Assembly: GCA_026224975.1 (NCBI GenBank)
Contig: JAMFRW010000348.1
Location: forward strand, 1-63,158
DNA length: 63,158 nt
Reading direction: 5' to 3'
From: Rhodoferax sp.
GTDB lineage: Bacteria > Pseudomonadota > Gammaproteobacteria > Burkholderiales > Burkholderiaceae_C
Part shown: positions 49,037 through 60,709 of the stretch, in pieces
Position numbering within the stretch: the first letter of the stretch is position 1
Layout: each line of letters opens with the position of its first letter
The notes under the pieces: model-generated
The model's input: only the letters and a program-made list of their open reading frames with translations
What the model was told of the DNA's origin: nothing
The model's database searches: none
Made by a program: the position numbers and the translations under genes

Positions 49037-50467
49037 ATGTTCATCCTCAACCGCGCCTCTTTCCGCCAGTTGCTCGTCGTCGCCTTCCTGCTGGTGCCGG
49101 CCTTGCTGGCGGTGGTGTCGGTGCGCGGGCTGTACACGCTGGAGCGGCTGATGATCGAGACGCGTCAGGGCGCAGAGCATGCGGCGCGGGATTCGGGCAA
49201 TGTGCAGCGGCTGAGCGAACGCAGCGTGACGATGGAGCGGGCGGCGCGGCAGTTCCTGGTGCTGGGCGATACGGCGCTTCGCGACCGCTTCGACACCGCC
49301 GCGCGCGAAGCCGCCGACGCCATCGCCCAGCTCGGCAACAGCCCGCCCCCGGATGCGCTCTTGAAGAACTGGCACGCGCAGCTCGACACGCTGCGTGCAC
49401 TGATGAGCGGCTCGCCATCGACCGCCGCCGAGCGCGATGTGGCCATCACCAACGGCTTTCGCGACTTGGGCCAGACCAACACCGAAATTGCCGACCACGT
49501 GCAGCGCATGAGCGAGGCGCGCAACCAGGCGCTGCAATCACAGCTCGAAGACGGCCGCCGCGCGCTCGGCCAACGGGTGATCGCGGCCATCGCGCTCGCG
49601 GCGCTGCTGGCCATCGGCTTCGCGGTGTGGCTGGCGCGGCCGCTCAAGCGGCTCGAATCGGCGATCGTCGCGCTCGGCGAAAACCGCATGGACGACGCGA
49701 TCGACATCCCCGGCCCCTCCGACCTGCGCGACCTCGGCCGCCGGCTCGATTGGCTGCGGCTGCGGCTCTCCGAACTCGATTCCGACAAGGCGCGTTTCCT
49801 GCGCCATATCTCGCACGAGCTGAAGACGCCGCTGGCCGCGCTGCGCGAAGGCGTGGCGCTGCTCGAAGAAGGCGTGACCGGCGCGCTCAGCGAGCCGCAG
49901 CGCGAGGTGGCGCGCATCCTGCGGCAGAACACGGCGGCGCTGCAAAGCCAGATCGAGGACCTGCTGCGTTTCAACGCCGCGGCGTTCGAGGCACGCCGAC
50001 TGGTGCGGCGCCGTTACGATCTGTCGATGCTCGCGCATCAGCTTGTCGATGAGCAACGTTTGCAATGGCAGGCGCGTCGATTGCAAGTGAACGTGACGCC
50101 CGGCCCTGTCTGGGCTGAGGTCGATCCCGACAAGCTCGGTGTGGCCCTCGGCAATTTGCTGTCCAATGCGATCCGTTTCAGCCCCTTGGAGAGCACCATC
50201 CAGTTTGCGTTGTCTACCAGCACCTCAGGCGTGCAGATCGACATCATCGATGCCGGCCCCGGCGTGGCCCCGGAAGACCGTTCGCGCGTTTTCGAGCCGT
50301 TCTATCGGGGCGAGCGGCAGCCAGAGGGCGCGTTGCGCGGCACGGGCATCGGCCTCTCGATCGTGCATGAATACGTGGCGGCGCATGGGGGGCGGATCGA
50401 GTTGCTGGCGGAGACGGAAGGGGCGCATTTCAGGATTTCGTTGCCGAGTGCGCATCATCATGATTGA
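49037..50467 (+). CDS. glrK: GlrK/QseE-like sensor histidine kinase
   Basis: MER.ARQF.VL, HAMP, FLRHISHELKTPLA..REG, GTGIGL; synteny with lipoprotein and sigma54 regulator. Confidence 0.8.
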   Translation: MFILNRASFRQLLVVAFLLVPALLAVVSVRGLYTLERLMIETRQGAEHAARDSGNVQRLSERSVTMERAARQFLVLGDTALRDRFDTAAREAADAIAQLGNSPPPDALLKNWHAQLDTLRALMSGSPSTAAERDVAITNGFRDLGQTNTEIADHVQRMSEARNQALQSQLEDGRRALGQRVIAAIALAALLAIGFAVWLARPLKRLESAIVALGENRMDDAIDIPGPSDLRDLGRRLDWLRLRLSELDSDKARFLRHISHELKTPLAALREGVALLEEGVTGALSEPQREVARILRQNTAALQSQIEDLLRFNAAAFEARRLVRRRYDLSMLAHQLVDEQRLQWQARRLQVNVTPGPVWAEVDPDKLGVALGNLLSNAIRFSPLESTIQFALSTSTSGVQIDIIDAGPGVAPEDRSRVFEPFYRGERQPEGALRGTGIGLSIVHEYVAAHGGRIELLAETEGAHFRISLPSAHHHD

Positions 50468-51248
50468 GGCGCGTGCGGGCAGCGTTCGGGCTGGCTCGGG
50501 TCACGGCACCGAGCGTGCTGGCACTTCGACAGGCTCAGTGCGAACGGAGTGGGGATGGGCACGGGCTCGGGCATGGGCATGGGCGCGCACATCGCGCGTC
50601 TCCCCCCACCCGCTCGGGCTGAGCCTGTCGAAGCCCTTCCCCTGGTCGCGCCTGCCTTGCATCGCCGCGGCAATGCTCCTCAGCGCCTGCGAAACCATCA
50701 AACCCCCCCCCCCGCCGCCGACGCCGCCCGAGCCCATCATTCGCGAAGTGCAAGTCCCCGTCGAAGTCTTCATCAAGGTGCCCGACGTGAGCCCGGCAGA
50801 CAGCGCCGCGCGCAACTTCTTCGCCTACTTCGAGCGCGCGCGCCAAATGGCGCCGGCCGAGCTGGGCCGCGAGTTTCAGCGGCTGGACCCCCCGACCAGC
50901 GCCGCGGCCATCCTGGAGATGGCGACCGCGCTCGGCCAGACGCGCAACCCGAGCGACACCGTGCGCGCCCTCGGCCTGCTCGAACCGCTGCTCAAATCGA
51001 CCGACCCGCAGATGGCGCCGTACCAGCCACTCGCCCGCCTGCTGGCCGCGCGCTACAACGAGCAGCGCCGGCTCGAAGACCACATCGAGCGGCAGAACCA
51101 GCAGCTCAAGGACAGCCAGCGCAAGCAGGACCAGCTGACGCAGCAGCTCGAAGCGCTGAAGGCGATCGAGCGCAGCCTGACCGCGCGGCGCAGCGCGGCG
51201 GCGAGCGCGCCGGCCGCGTCGGCCAACGGCGGCAAGGTGGCGCCATGA
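50460..51248 (+). CDS. QseG/YfhG-like lipoprotein
   Basis: Lipobox LSAC; coiled coil ending QQLEALKAIERSL; lies between kinase and regulator; start uncertain. Confidence 0.75.
   Translation: MIEARAGSVRAGSGHGTERAGTSTGSVRTEWGWARARAWAWARTSRVSPHPLGLSLSKPFPWSRLPCIAAAMLLSACETIKPPPPPPTPPEPIIREVQVPVEVFIKVPDVSPADSAARNFFAYFERARQMAPAELGREFQRLDPPTSAAAILEMATALGQTRNPSDTVRALGLLEPLLKSTDPQMAPYQPLARLLAARYNEQRRLEDHIERQNQQLKDSQRKQDQLTQQLEALKAIERSLTARRSAAASAPAASANGGKVAP
50524..50633. repeat. Inverted pair of REP-like units at the 5' end of the lipoprotein ORF
   Basis: CTTCGACAGGCTCAG (50524-50538) and exact complement CTGAGCCTGTCGAAG (50619-50633); 21/24 match when extended. Confidence 0.85.
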
Positions 51249-51267
51249 CGAAGCGTGAGCCAGGACG

Positions 51268-52628
<1,361 letters not shown>

Positions 52629-52641
<13 letters not shown>

Positions 52642-52711
52642 CGACGCGCTGACGCCCGGTAGCGCCGGGCTGTCGCACTCCTGCGAAGGGGTTTGTCGCC
52701 GATCAGCGACG
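52629..52711. promoter_or_regulatory. Three GlrR-type enhancer boxes (TGTC-N10-GACA-like)
   Basis: TGTCGCCGATTAGCGACG 52629-52646, TGTCGCACTCCTGCGAAG 52671-52688, TGTCGCCGATCAGCGACG 52694-52711. Confidence 0.75.
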
Positions 52712-52774
52712 CTTTCGGGACTTTCACTGCTTCTGGCGGTTGGGCGCACCTTCGAAAACGCCTTGAAACACGCC

Positions 52775-52787
52775 TAAGTCATTGATT
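52775..52787 (-). promoter_or_regulatory. IHF binding site
   Basis: Minus strand AATCAATGACTTA fits WATCAANNNNTTR, between enhancers and promoter. Confidence 0.75.
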
Positions 52788-52806
52788 TTCAAGACAAAAC
52801 ACGGCA

Positions 52807-52821
52807 TGGCACGGCCTTTGC
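52807..52821 (+). promoter_or_regulatory. sigma54 -24/-12 promoter
   Basis: TGGCAC-GGCCT-TTGC, perfect consensus spacing. Confidence 0.88.
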
Positions 52822-52992
52822 GCTAAGAGCCCCAAGAGGACGGGTTTCCACCTATCCACTGCCGCAAGAGATGTCGGTTCTGTCCGACAGCCGATCGGGC
52901 CGACAGCCGCTCAGCAGCGTCTGCCCGGTGTCGTTCACTCAGGCGTCGGTTGATTTCCCGATCTTTGTTTTTTTGCTCAGGACACCACTGCC

Positions 52993-54549
52993 TTGTCGAT
53001 TGCTGCCTCATTGCCGAATGTTTCGAACGCGCACCACGCTGCCAAGCTGGCTGCGGCCGTGCTGTGGGCGGTGTTCGCTGCCGGCCAGGCGAATGCGTTC
53101 GGCTTCGACGACGTGTCAGCTCTCGCGCAAGCCGAGTCCAAGACCGACTACCGCGCGCCTGCTCCCATCTCCGACCAGCTCGCCTCGCTGACGTACGACG
53201 CCTACCGCGACATCCGCTACCTGCCGGCACGCGCCGTGTGGCGTGCCGATGCGCTGCCGTTCGAAGTGATGTTCTTCCACCCGGGTGGCCCGTCGAAAGC
53301 GGCGCCCGTGCAGATCAGCGAAATCTCGCCCACCGGCGTGCGCGAGATCCGCCTCGATCCGCAGGACTACCACTACGGCAAGAACACCTTCGTGCCGGCC
53401 AGCTGGGGCCCCATCGGCCACGCCGGCTTTCGCGTGCACTACCCGCTCAACAACGCTGCGTACAAGGACGAGCTGATCACCTTCCAGGGCGCCAGCTACT
53501 TTCGCGCGCTCGGCCGTGGGCAGCATTACGGCCTCTCGGCGCGCGGCTTGGCGATCGACACCGTGAGCGGCACCGGCGGCGAAGAGTTTCCGGTCTTCAA
53601 GGCGTTCTGGATCGAGCGCCCGACGCCCGATGCCAAGGTGCTCACCGTCTACGCGCAGCTCGATTCGAAGCGCGCGACCGGTGCTTACCAGTTCACGCTG
53701 CGCCCCGGCGACGAGACCATCGTCGATGTGCACGCCCGTCTGTTCCTGCGCGCGACCGCCACGCCGATCACCACGCTCGAGATCGCCCCACTGACCAGCA
53801 TGTTCCAGCACGGCGAAAACGCGCCGCGTGCTGGCGAGTTCCGCCCCGAAGTGCACGATTCCGACGGCCTGATGGTCGCGACCGCCGATGGCGAATGGCT
53901 GTGGCGCCCGCTGATCAACCCGAACCGCGTGCGCACGAGTTCGTTCTCGATGACCGGGCTCAAGGGCTTCGGCCTGATGCAGCGCGACCGCTCGTTCGCG
54001 AGCTACGAAGACATCGAAGCGCGTTATGACCGCCGCCCCAGCGCCTGGATCGAGCCGCAAGGTCCGTGGGGCGCTGGCCGCGTCGAACTGGTCGAGCTGC
54101 CCACGCCGGATGAGACGCACGACAACATCGTCGCCTACTGGGTTCCTGCGCAAATGCCGGCAGCCGGCCAGCCGCTGGACCTGAGCTACGCGATCCACTG
54201 GCAAGGCGAGTTGCAGCAGCGCCCCCCCAGCGCGTGGACGGTGCAGTCGCGCGTGGGCGCCGGCTACGGCGGCCTGGCCAAGAACGAAACCCAATACGTC
54301 ATCGACTTTGCCGGCCCTTCGCTCACCGCGCTGGCCGGCGACGCGAAGGTGCAAGCGGTGGTCACCGTCGACGCCAACGCCAAGCTGATGGAACAAAACG
54401 CCTACCGCAACGATGTGACGGGCGGCTACCGCATGACTCTCCGCATCCAACGAATCAATGTCACGCAGCCCGTCGAACTGCGTGCCTTTCTCAAATCCGA
54501 CAACAACGCACTGACCGAAACATGGACCACTCTGATTCAACCCGATTGA
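52993..54549 (+). CDS. opgG: Periplasmic glucan biosynthesis protein OpgG/MdoG
   Basis: FQGASYFRA, YGLSARGLAIDT, EEFP.F..FW, RPEVHDSDGL, DNIVAYW; signal peptide. Confidence 0.92.
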   Translation: MSIAASLPNVSNAHHAAKLAAAVLWAVFAAGQANAFGFDDVSALAQAESKTDYRAPAPISDQLASLTYDAYRDIRYLPARAVWRADALPFEVMFFHPGGPSKAAPVQISEISPTGVREIRLDPQDYHYGKNTFVPASWGPIGHAGFRVHYPLNNAAYKDELITFQGASYFRALGRGQHYGLSARGLAIDTVSGTGGEEFPVFKAFWIERPTPDAKVLTVYAQLDSKRATGAYQFTLRPGDETIVDVHARLFLRATATPITTLEIAPLTSMFQHGENAPRAGEFRPEVHDSDGLMVATADGEWLWRPLINPNRVRTSSFSMTGLKGFGLMQRDRSFASYEDIEARYDRRPSAWIEPQGPWGAGRVELVELPTPDETHDNIVAYWVPAQMPAAGQPLDLSYAIHWQGELQQRPPSAWTVQSRVGAGYGGLAKNETQYVIDFAGPSLTALAGDAKVQAVVTVDANAKLMEQNAYRNDVTGGYRMTLRIQRINVTQPVELRAFLKSDNNALTETWTTLIQPD

Positions 54550-56822
54550 ACCGGCCCGTCGGGTCGGCGTTGCACCGCATCTTCGGCGCGCAAGCGGCGG
54601 CCCACGAGCGCTCTGCGCCGGGCCGTGACGGCAGCGCGCCGCCCATCAACCGTGGCTCGATGGTGCCGCGCCCCTGGCTGGGCTTCCGCGCAGGTGTGAA
54701 GCTGGCCCTGGCGCAGCGCTTCGGCTCGGCCCCTGCGGATGCTGCCGGCGAATTTGCCGACACGACCCCGCACGAGGCCTGGGAACACGCCGCCGCCCGC
54801 CGCCGCAGCACGCTGCTATGGCTGGTAGGCGCATCGGGCATCGGCGCGGCCGCACTGCTCGCCAGCGCGCAACCGATGTTCGACCACCCGGTGCTCCGCG
54901 TGATCCAGGTGGCGCTGTTCGCGCTGCTGTTCACCTGGGTCTCGGCCGGCTTCTTCACGGCGATGATGGGCTTCGTGGTGCAGCTCCGCGGCGACAGGCA
55001 CGGCCTCTCGCTCGATGCCGTGCGCAACGCACCCATCGCCTCGGATGCCCGCACGGCGGTCATCATGCCGATCTGCAATGAGCAGGTTTCGACGGTGTTC
55101 GCCGGCCTGCGCGCCACCTGCGAATCGCTCGCCACCACCGACCACGCAGGCCTGTTCGACGTGTACGTGCTCTCCGACACCAGCGACCCCGAACTGCGCA
55201 CCGCAGAACTGGCTGCCTGGGCCGAGCTGCGCGACACGCTGGCAGCAGACAACGCCGACGTGCGCATCTACTACCGCTGGCGCCAGCGCCGCGCGCACCG
55301 CAAGTCGGGCAACGTGGCCGACTTCTGCCGCCGCTGGGGCAAGAACTACCGCTACATGGTCGTGCTCGATGCCGACAGCGTCATGAGCGGCGACTGCATG
55401 CAGAACATGGTCCGCCTGATGGAAGCCCATCCCAAGGCCGGCATCATCCAGACCGCTCCTCAAGCCAGTGGCCTGGAAACCGTACACGCGCGCGCCCAGC
55501 AGTTCGCCGGCCGCACGACGGGCCGCCTGTTCACCACCGGCATGCAGTACTGGCAGCTCGGCGAATCGCACTACTGGGGCCACAACGCGATCATCCGCGT
55601 CGAGCCCTTCATGAAGCATTGCGCGCTGGCCGCGCTGCCGGGCAATGGCGGCTTGTCTGGCGACATCATGTCGCACGACTTCGTCGAAGCCGCGCTGATG
55701 CGCCGCGCCGGTTACCACACGTGGTTGGTGCCTGATCTCGCCGGCAGCTACGAACAGCAGCCGCCCAACCTGCTCGAAGAATTGAAGCGTGACCGCCGCT
55801 GGTGCCAGGGCAATCTGCAGAACGCCCGCCTGATGGCCGAACCCGGCCTGCACCGCGTGCACCGCGCCATGCTCGCCACTGGCGCGATGGCTTACCTCTC
55901 GGCTCCGTTGTGGTTGGGCTCGGTGTTGCTGGGCGCTGCGGTGTGGCTCTTCAGCGGCAGCAGCAACGTCGTCTTCCAGCACGGCCTGCCGATCGAAATG
56001 ATCGCGCTGTGGGCCTGCACGGTGACCATGCTCGCCCTGCCGCGCATCCTCGGCGTGGTGACGATCGCGCTCAAGGGCGAACAGCATCTGTATGGCGGCA
56101 CGGCCGCGCTCGCCAAGGGCGCGTTCCTCGAAGGCCTGCTCTCGATGCTGCAAGCGCCGGTCCGCATGATCGCGCACTCGATGTTCGTGATGGTGGCCTT
56201 GACCGGCCTCAAGCTCGAATGGAAGTCGCCCCCGCGGGAAGCCGCTGCGGTGAGCTGGAACGACGCTGCGCAAAGCCTCGCGCCGATCGCCGGTGTGGTG
56301 CTCGCGCTGCTGGTCCTGGCACTGATCTTCGCCCCGGCTGCTGCGCTGTGGCTCGCTCCGGTCGGCCTGCCGCTGCTGTTGGCCATGCCACTCTGCGTGC
56401 TGACCAGCCGCGCCGGCTTCGGTTCGAAGGTGCGTTCGATGGGCCTGCTGGTGACGCCTGAAGAAGCCTCGACGCCGGCCGTGCTGCGCAAGGCCTGGGA
56501 CTACGCCGAAGCCGCCACGCCCGCGCCTGAGTGGCACGAAGTGGTGGCCAACCCGTGGCTGTTCGACGTGGTGCACCAAGCCATGGGCCCGCGTGACACC
56601 GCCCGCGGCAGCCGTGGCCGCGAGCGCACCCGCCTGGTCCATCGCCTGGTCTTCGGCCATGGCGTGGACAAGGGCCTGACGACGAGCGAGCGCATGCGCC
56701 TTCTCAGCGAACCGCAAACGATCGTGCATCTGCGCGAAGAGCTGGCAGCGAATTCGGACTTCGGTGTGGATGCGCAAGAGCAAGCCGAGGCGATGTTCGG
56801 CAGGCATCTGCAGCGCGCTTGA
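54522..56822 (+). CDS. opgH: Glucan biosynthesis glucosyltransferase OpgH/MdoH
   Basis: MPICNE, RKSGNVADFC, VLDADSVM, YWGHNAIIR, SHDFVEA, RDRRWCQGN. Confidence 0.95.
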   Translation: MDHSDSTRLNRPVGSALHRIFGAQAAAHERSAPGRDGSAPPINRGSMVPRPWLGFRAGVKLALAQRFGSAPADAAGEFADTTPHEAWEHAAARRRSTLLWLVGASGIGAAALLASAQPMFDHPVLRVIQVALFALLFTWVSAGFFTAMMGFVVQLRGDRHGLSLDAVRNAPIASDARTAVIMPICNEQVSTVFAGLRATCESLATTDHAGLFDVYVLSDTSDPELRTAELAAWAELRDTLAADNADVRIYYRWRQRRAHRKSGNVADFCRRWGKNYRYMVVLDADSVMSGDCMQNMVRLMEAHPKAGIIQTAPQASGLETVHARAQQFAGRTTGRLFTTGMQYWQLGESHYWGHNAIIRVEPFMKHCALAALPGNGGLSGDIMSHDFVEAALMRRAGYHTWLVPDLAGSYEQQPPNLLEELKRDRRWCQGNLQNARLMAEPGLHRVHRAMLATGAMAYLSAPLWLGSVLLGAAVWLFSGSSNVVFQHGLPIEMIALWACTVTMLALPRILGVVTIALKGEQHLYGGTAALAKGAFLEGLLSMLQAPVRMIAHSMFVMVALTGLKLEWKSPPREAAAVSWNDAAQSLAPIAGVVLALLVLALIFAPAAALWLAPVGLPLLLAMPLCVLTSRAGFGSKVRSMGLLVTPEEASTPAVLRKAWDYAEAATPAPEWHEVVANPWLFDVVHQAMGPRDTARGSRGRERTRLVHRLVFGHGVDKGLTTSERMRLLSEPQTIVHLREELAANSDFGVDAQEQAEAMFGRHLQRA

Positions 56823-56872
56823 TGCGTTGTTGATTCAGACCTGACGCGCGGCTGGTTCGCCGACGCGCCTCC

Positions 56873-56903
56873 AAAAAAAGCCGGGCCTCGCGCCCGGCTT
56901 TTT
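56873..56903. terminator. Bidirectional intrinsic terminator
   Basis: AAAAAAAGCCGGGC-ctcgc-GCCCGGCTTTTT between convergent genes. Confidence 0.92.
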
Positions 56904-56922
56904 CACGCTCGCTTGGCGTGGT

Positions 56923-58572
56923 TCAACGCTGCGGCCGAATGCGGTACACCGCGTTGTTGCGGTCCGCGCTCATGTAGATCGCGCCATCGGCGCCGACCGC
57001 TACGCCCGTCGGCACGTTCGGTGGCGGCAGGCCGGGGCTGGGCTCCAGGCCGATCGGCAGGTTCTCGGCGACGGTGCGGCGCGTGCCGGTGGCCGGGTCG
57101 ATCTCGGTCAGCTTGCGCGCCATCGACTCGGCGACGATGAAGCTGCCCCATGGCGTTTGCGCAAGGCCTTCGGGCAGCGCGAGCTTGTCGGCGACCACCG
57201 TCTTGCGGCCGAAGTTCGGGCCCTCGGCCAGGTCGATGCGCGTGAGGTTGCCGCTGGCCTCGGTGACGTAGAGCGCGCCGTCGCGGCCGACGATCATCTG
57301 CACCGGCGTCATGCCCTCGGCGATCTTCTTGCGGTCTTCGAACTTCGCGCCGCTCGCGCGCCAGACCATGCCGCTGGCCAGCTCGCCGAACACCACGCTG
57401 CCATCGGGCAGAAAGGCCGCGTCCGTCGGCGCCTTCAGGCCGTGCAGCATGGCCGTGGTCTTGAGCGTGGCGCGGTCGACGATCTGCACCGTGCCGGTGA
57501 ACCACGAGCTGAGTGCGAACTGCGTGGGCGATGCGCCGACGGCGAACGGGTACTCGAGGTCGGAGGCCTGCATGCGAAACACATCGCGTACCTCGCCGCC
57601 CTTCACGTCGACCGAGCGGAAGCCGAACACATCCGCCACCCAGAGCGTGTTGCCATCGAGCTTGATGCCGCCCGGCACTGCGAGCTTGCCGCTGGTCAGC
57701 GTGCGCGTCTTGGCGGTGGCCGGGTCATACGAGAGCACGGCGTTGTCGGCCATGTTCGAGACGTAGACCATGCCGTCGGGCGCGATGGCGAGGTTGTCGA
57801 GCGACGGCGAGAACGTGTGCATCACCGTCTTGCGGCCGGTGGTGAGATCGACTTTGCTCAGCTCACCGGTGCGCGTGTCCACCGCCCAGAGGTTGCCCTT
57901 GCCATCGAGGTTGGCCGCGGCCGGGATCTTGAACTCGCCGTTGATGATGGTGATGGCACCACTCGCCGGGTTCATCTTCACCACCTGGCCCTTGAACCAG
58001 AGCGGGCCGTAGATGAAACCATCCGGCCCGACCTCGAAGCCGTTGAAGCCGCCCATGTCCTTCGCGATGAGGCGTGGTTCGGCTTTGCCGGATACATCGA
58101 TCTCCCACATCGCATCGCCCAGGAACACCTGCGACGCATAAAGTTTGCCGTTCTTCATGTCGAAGGCGAGCGAGTTGATGCCCGGGAGTTTTTGCGCCAG
58201 CATGCGGATCGGCGCCGCGTCGTTTTCGCGGTAGCGGATGATGCCTTGCAGGTACGAAGTCCACGCCAGCTCGCCACGCGGGCCGATCGCGATGTCGTCG
58301 GCCTGGCCTTCCGGCGCGCCGATGAACACTTTGGCCGCGCCGGTCGTGCGGTCCACTTCCCAAATGCTGTTGCCGACCACGCTGCCTGCCAGCAAGCGCC
58401 CCTTGGCGTCGATGGCCAGGCCGTGCACGCCAGCGAAAGCCGAAGGCGCGACCAGCACTTCTGGTTCGCCCCAAGCGGCGGGGCGCGTGGGCGGTGTGGT
58501 GGTGCAGGCGCCGAGCAGTGTGGCCACTGCCAGGCTGGCGGTGAGTGCGGCTTGTTTCCAACGTGATGTCAT
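56923..58572 (-). CDS. Beta-propeller (SMP-30/NHL-like) lipoprotein
   Basis: Lipobox LGAC; repeated blades (GLAID..G, DDIAIGP.G, NLAIAPDG, GVAVGADG); GAGGAG SD. Confidence 0.82.
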   Translation of the reverse strand: MTSRWKQAALTASLAVATLLGACTTTPPTRPAAWGEPEVLVAPSAFAGVHGLAIDAKGRLLAGSVVGNSIWEVDRTTGAAKVFIGAPEGQADDIAIGPRGELAWTSYLQGIIRYRENDAAPIRMLAQKLPGINSLAFDMKNGKLYASQVFLGDAMWEIDVSGKAEPRLIAKDMGGFNGFEVGPDGFIYGPLWFKGQVVKMNPASGAITIINGEFKIPAAANLDGKGNLWAVDTRTGELSKVDLTTGRKTVMHTFSPSLDNLAIAPDGMVYVSNMADNAVLSYDPATAKTRTLTSGKLAVPGGIKLDGNTLWVADVFGFRSVDVKGGEVRDVFRMQASDLEYPFAVGASPTQFALSSWFTGTVQIVDRATLKTTAMLHGLKAPTDAAFLPDGSVVFGELASGMVWRASGAKFEDRKKIAEGMTPVQMIVGRDGALYVTEASGNLTRIDLAEGPNFGRKTVVADKLALPEGLAQTPWGSFIVAESMARKLTEIDPATGTRRTVAENLPIGLEPSPGLPPPNVPTGVAVGADGAIYMSADRNNAVYRIRPQR

Positions 58573-58699
58573 GGATGTCTCCTCTTGTTTTTGGAGAGAC
58601 AAAGCTTAGCGAGGTGTCGCCGTGCCGGGGTCGCTCGGGTGACAAGGTGAGGGCTAGACTGAGGATCGAAAACCCGCATGTCGCGCCCAGATCTTTCCG

Positions 58700-60613
58700 A
58701 TGGCCATCTTTCCGCAAGGCTTGTCCCACGTCGATTCACGCTGCAACGCAGGCGAGCGGCGCGTGTTGCATCAGATCAAGCGCTGCCTCGGTGACGACTA
58801 CTGGGTGTGGCACGACATCCCGCTCGGGCCGCGCGCACGCCAGCCCGACTTCGTGGTGCTCAGCCCGCGCTGGGGCATCCTGCTGATCGAGGTGAAAGAC
58901 TGGAAGCGCAGCACGCTCGTGGCCGCCACGCGCGATGCCGTCGAGCTGGCCACGCCGCGCGGTCGTGTGATGCAGGCACACCCGCTGCGCCAGGCGCGCG
59001 ACTATGCGATGGAGCTGGTCGACCTCATGCAGCGCGACCCGGCGCTGGTGCATGCGCAGGGCCTGTTCAATGGCAAGCTGCTGTTCCCGTACGGGTGGGG
59101 CGTGGTGCTCTCGAACGTGAAGCGCGAAGAGGTCGCCGAGAGCGATTTCGACGAACTCTTTCCGATTCAACGAACCCTGCTGCGCGATGATCTCGACGCT
59201 GCCGTGGACGAAGGCGCCTTCCAGCAGCGGCTCTGGGGCATGTTCACGCTGCACTACCCGCACACGCTGACCTTGCCGCAGCGCGACCGCATCCGCTGGC
59301 ACCTGTTTCCCGAGATTCGCCTGGCGCAGCAGGCCTCGCTGCTCGACGACGAAGGAGACGGCTCGGCGAACATCGCGCTGCCCGACCTGCTGCAGGTGAT
59401 GGACTTGCAGCAGGAGCAGATCGCCCGCACGCTGGGCGAAGGCCACCGTGTGATCCACGGCGTGGCGGGCTCCGGCAAGACGATGATCCTGATCTTTCGC
59501 GCGCAGCAACTGGCGGCCGGCGCGAGTGCGGGCCAACCCATCCTCGTGCTCTGCTACAACAACGCGCTCGCGGCTCGTATCGACGCCCAGTTGCGCAGCC
59601 GCGGCGTGGACGAGCGCGTGAAGGTGCGCACCTTCCATGCGTGGTGCGAAGACCTCGTCCGCAGCTACCAGCTCGATGTACCCGCCGAGCGCCGCGCTGC
59701 CGACTACTGGGCCCTGCTCGCGAAGACGGTCGCCCGCGCCGTCGAAAGCGGCTTCGTGCCCGGCGGCCAATACACGGCGTTGCTGATCGACGAAGCGCAC
59801 GACTTCGAGGACGCCTGGCTGCAGGTGGCCGCCCGCATGGTGAACCCCGATTCACGCTCGCTTCTGGTGCTCTACGACGACACGCAATCCATCTACCAGA
59901 AGAAGCGCAAGCGGTTCAACTTCGCGAGCGTCGGCATCGAAGCCGTGGGCCGCACCAGCATCTTGCGGATGAATTACCGCAACACCGCGGAGGTGCTGGC
60001 GGTGGCGCTGCAATGTGCGCAGCATTTGATCGGGGCGGAGCGGCGAGCTGCAGAGCCGGCGATGGATTCGTCATCGCCCGACACGGCCGACGCCGCGCTC
60101 GGCATGGAACACGTGCACCCCGATTCGGCCGGCCGTCGCGGCCCGATGCCGGTGCTCATCGAAGCCCGCCACGAACGCGACGAAGCCGAGGCCATCGCCC
60201 AGCGCATCGCCGACTCCCAGGCCAACGGCCGCCCGCTGCAAGAGATCGCCATCCTGCTGCGCACCCGCTTCCAGATGCCCGCGATCGAAGCCGCACTTCG
60301 TCGTCACAGCATCCCCTTCGCCAGCATGAACGACCGCCGCCTGCGCCCCGCCGACTGGGCTGCGGCCAGCGTCAAGATGATCACCCTGCACAGCGCCAAG
60401 GGCCTCGAATTCCCGCTCGTTTTCATCGCCGGCCTGCAAGCCATGCCGCACCGCGGCGAAGACCTCGACGAAGAGATCCGCCTGCTCTACGTCGGCATGA
60501 CCCGCGCGACGCACGAACTCGTTTTCTCGGCGCACGGGCGGCCATCGGCGATCGTGGACAAGGTGCGCGAGGCGATCGGGGCAGTGGGGACGCGGTTTGC
60601 GCGGTCGGGGTGA
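58700..60613 (+). CDS. NERD nuclease fused to SF1 (UvrD-like) helicase
   Basis: PDFVVL...LIEVKDW; [37 protein letters not shown]. Confidence 0.92.
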   Translation: MAIFPQGLSHVDSRCNAGERRVLHQIKRCLGDDYWVWHDIPLGPRARQPDFVVLSPRWGILLIEVKDWKRSTLVAATRDAVELATPRGRVMQAHPLRQARDYAMELVDLMQRDPALVHAQGLFNGKLLFPYGWGVVLSNVKREEVAESDFDELFPIQRTLLRDDLDAAVDEGAFQQRLWGMFTLHYPHTLTLPQRDRIRWHLFPEIRLAQQASLLDDEGDGSANIALPDLLQVMDLQQEQIARTLGEGHRVIHGVAGSGKTMILIFRAQQLAAGASAGQPILVLCYNNALAARIDAQLRSRGVDERVKVRTFHAWCEDLVRSYQLDVPAERRAADYWALLAKTVARAVESGFVPGGQYTALLIDEAHDFEDAWLQVAARMVNPDSRSLLVLYDDTQSIYQKKRKRFNFASVGIEAVGRTSILRMNYRNTAEVLAVALQCAQHLIGAERRAAEPAMDSSSPDTADAALGMEHVHPDSAGRRGPMPVLIEARHERDEAEAIAQRIADSQANGRPLQEIAILLRTRFQMPAIEAALRRHSIPFASMNDRRLRPADWAAASVKMITLHSAKGLEFPLVFIAGLQAMPHRGEDLDEEIRLLYVGMTRATHELVFSAHGRPSAIVDKVREAIGAVGTRFARSG

Positions 60614-60630
60614 AGTCGATGCGACGCTGC

Positions 60631-60697
60631 CGATATGTCGACCGCATCGACATGTCGTTCGGATATGTCGAAAAACACGCCGAATTTCGACATGTCG
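60631..60697. repeat. Two tandem related palindromes between convergent genes
   Basis: CGATATGTCGA-ccgca-TCGACATGTCG and GATATGTCGAAA-N11-TTTCGACATGTC. Confidence 0.7.
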
Positions 60698-60709
60698 GCG
60701 CCCGTGCGT

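Noticed and set aside
52871-53191. 106-aa ORF in the opgG leader
   Set aside because: Overlaps opgG out of frame and has non-coding-like composition
60631-60697. Possible mini-CRISPR
   Set aside because: Only two palindromic units, spacing far too short, no cas genes
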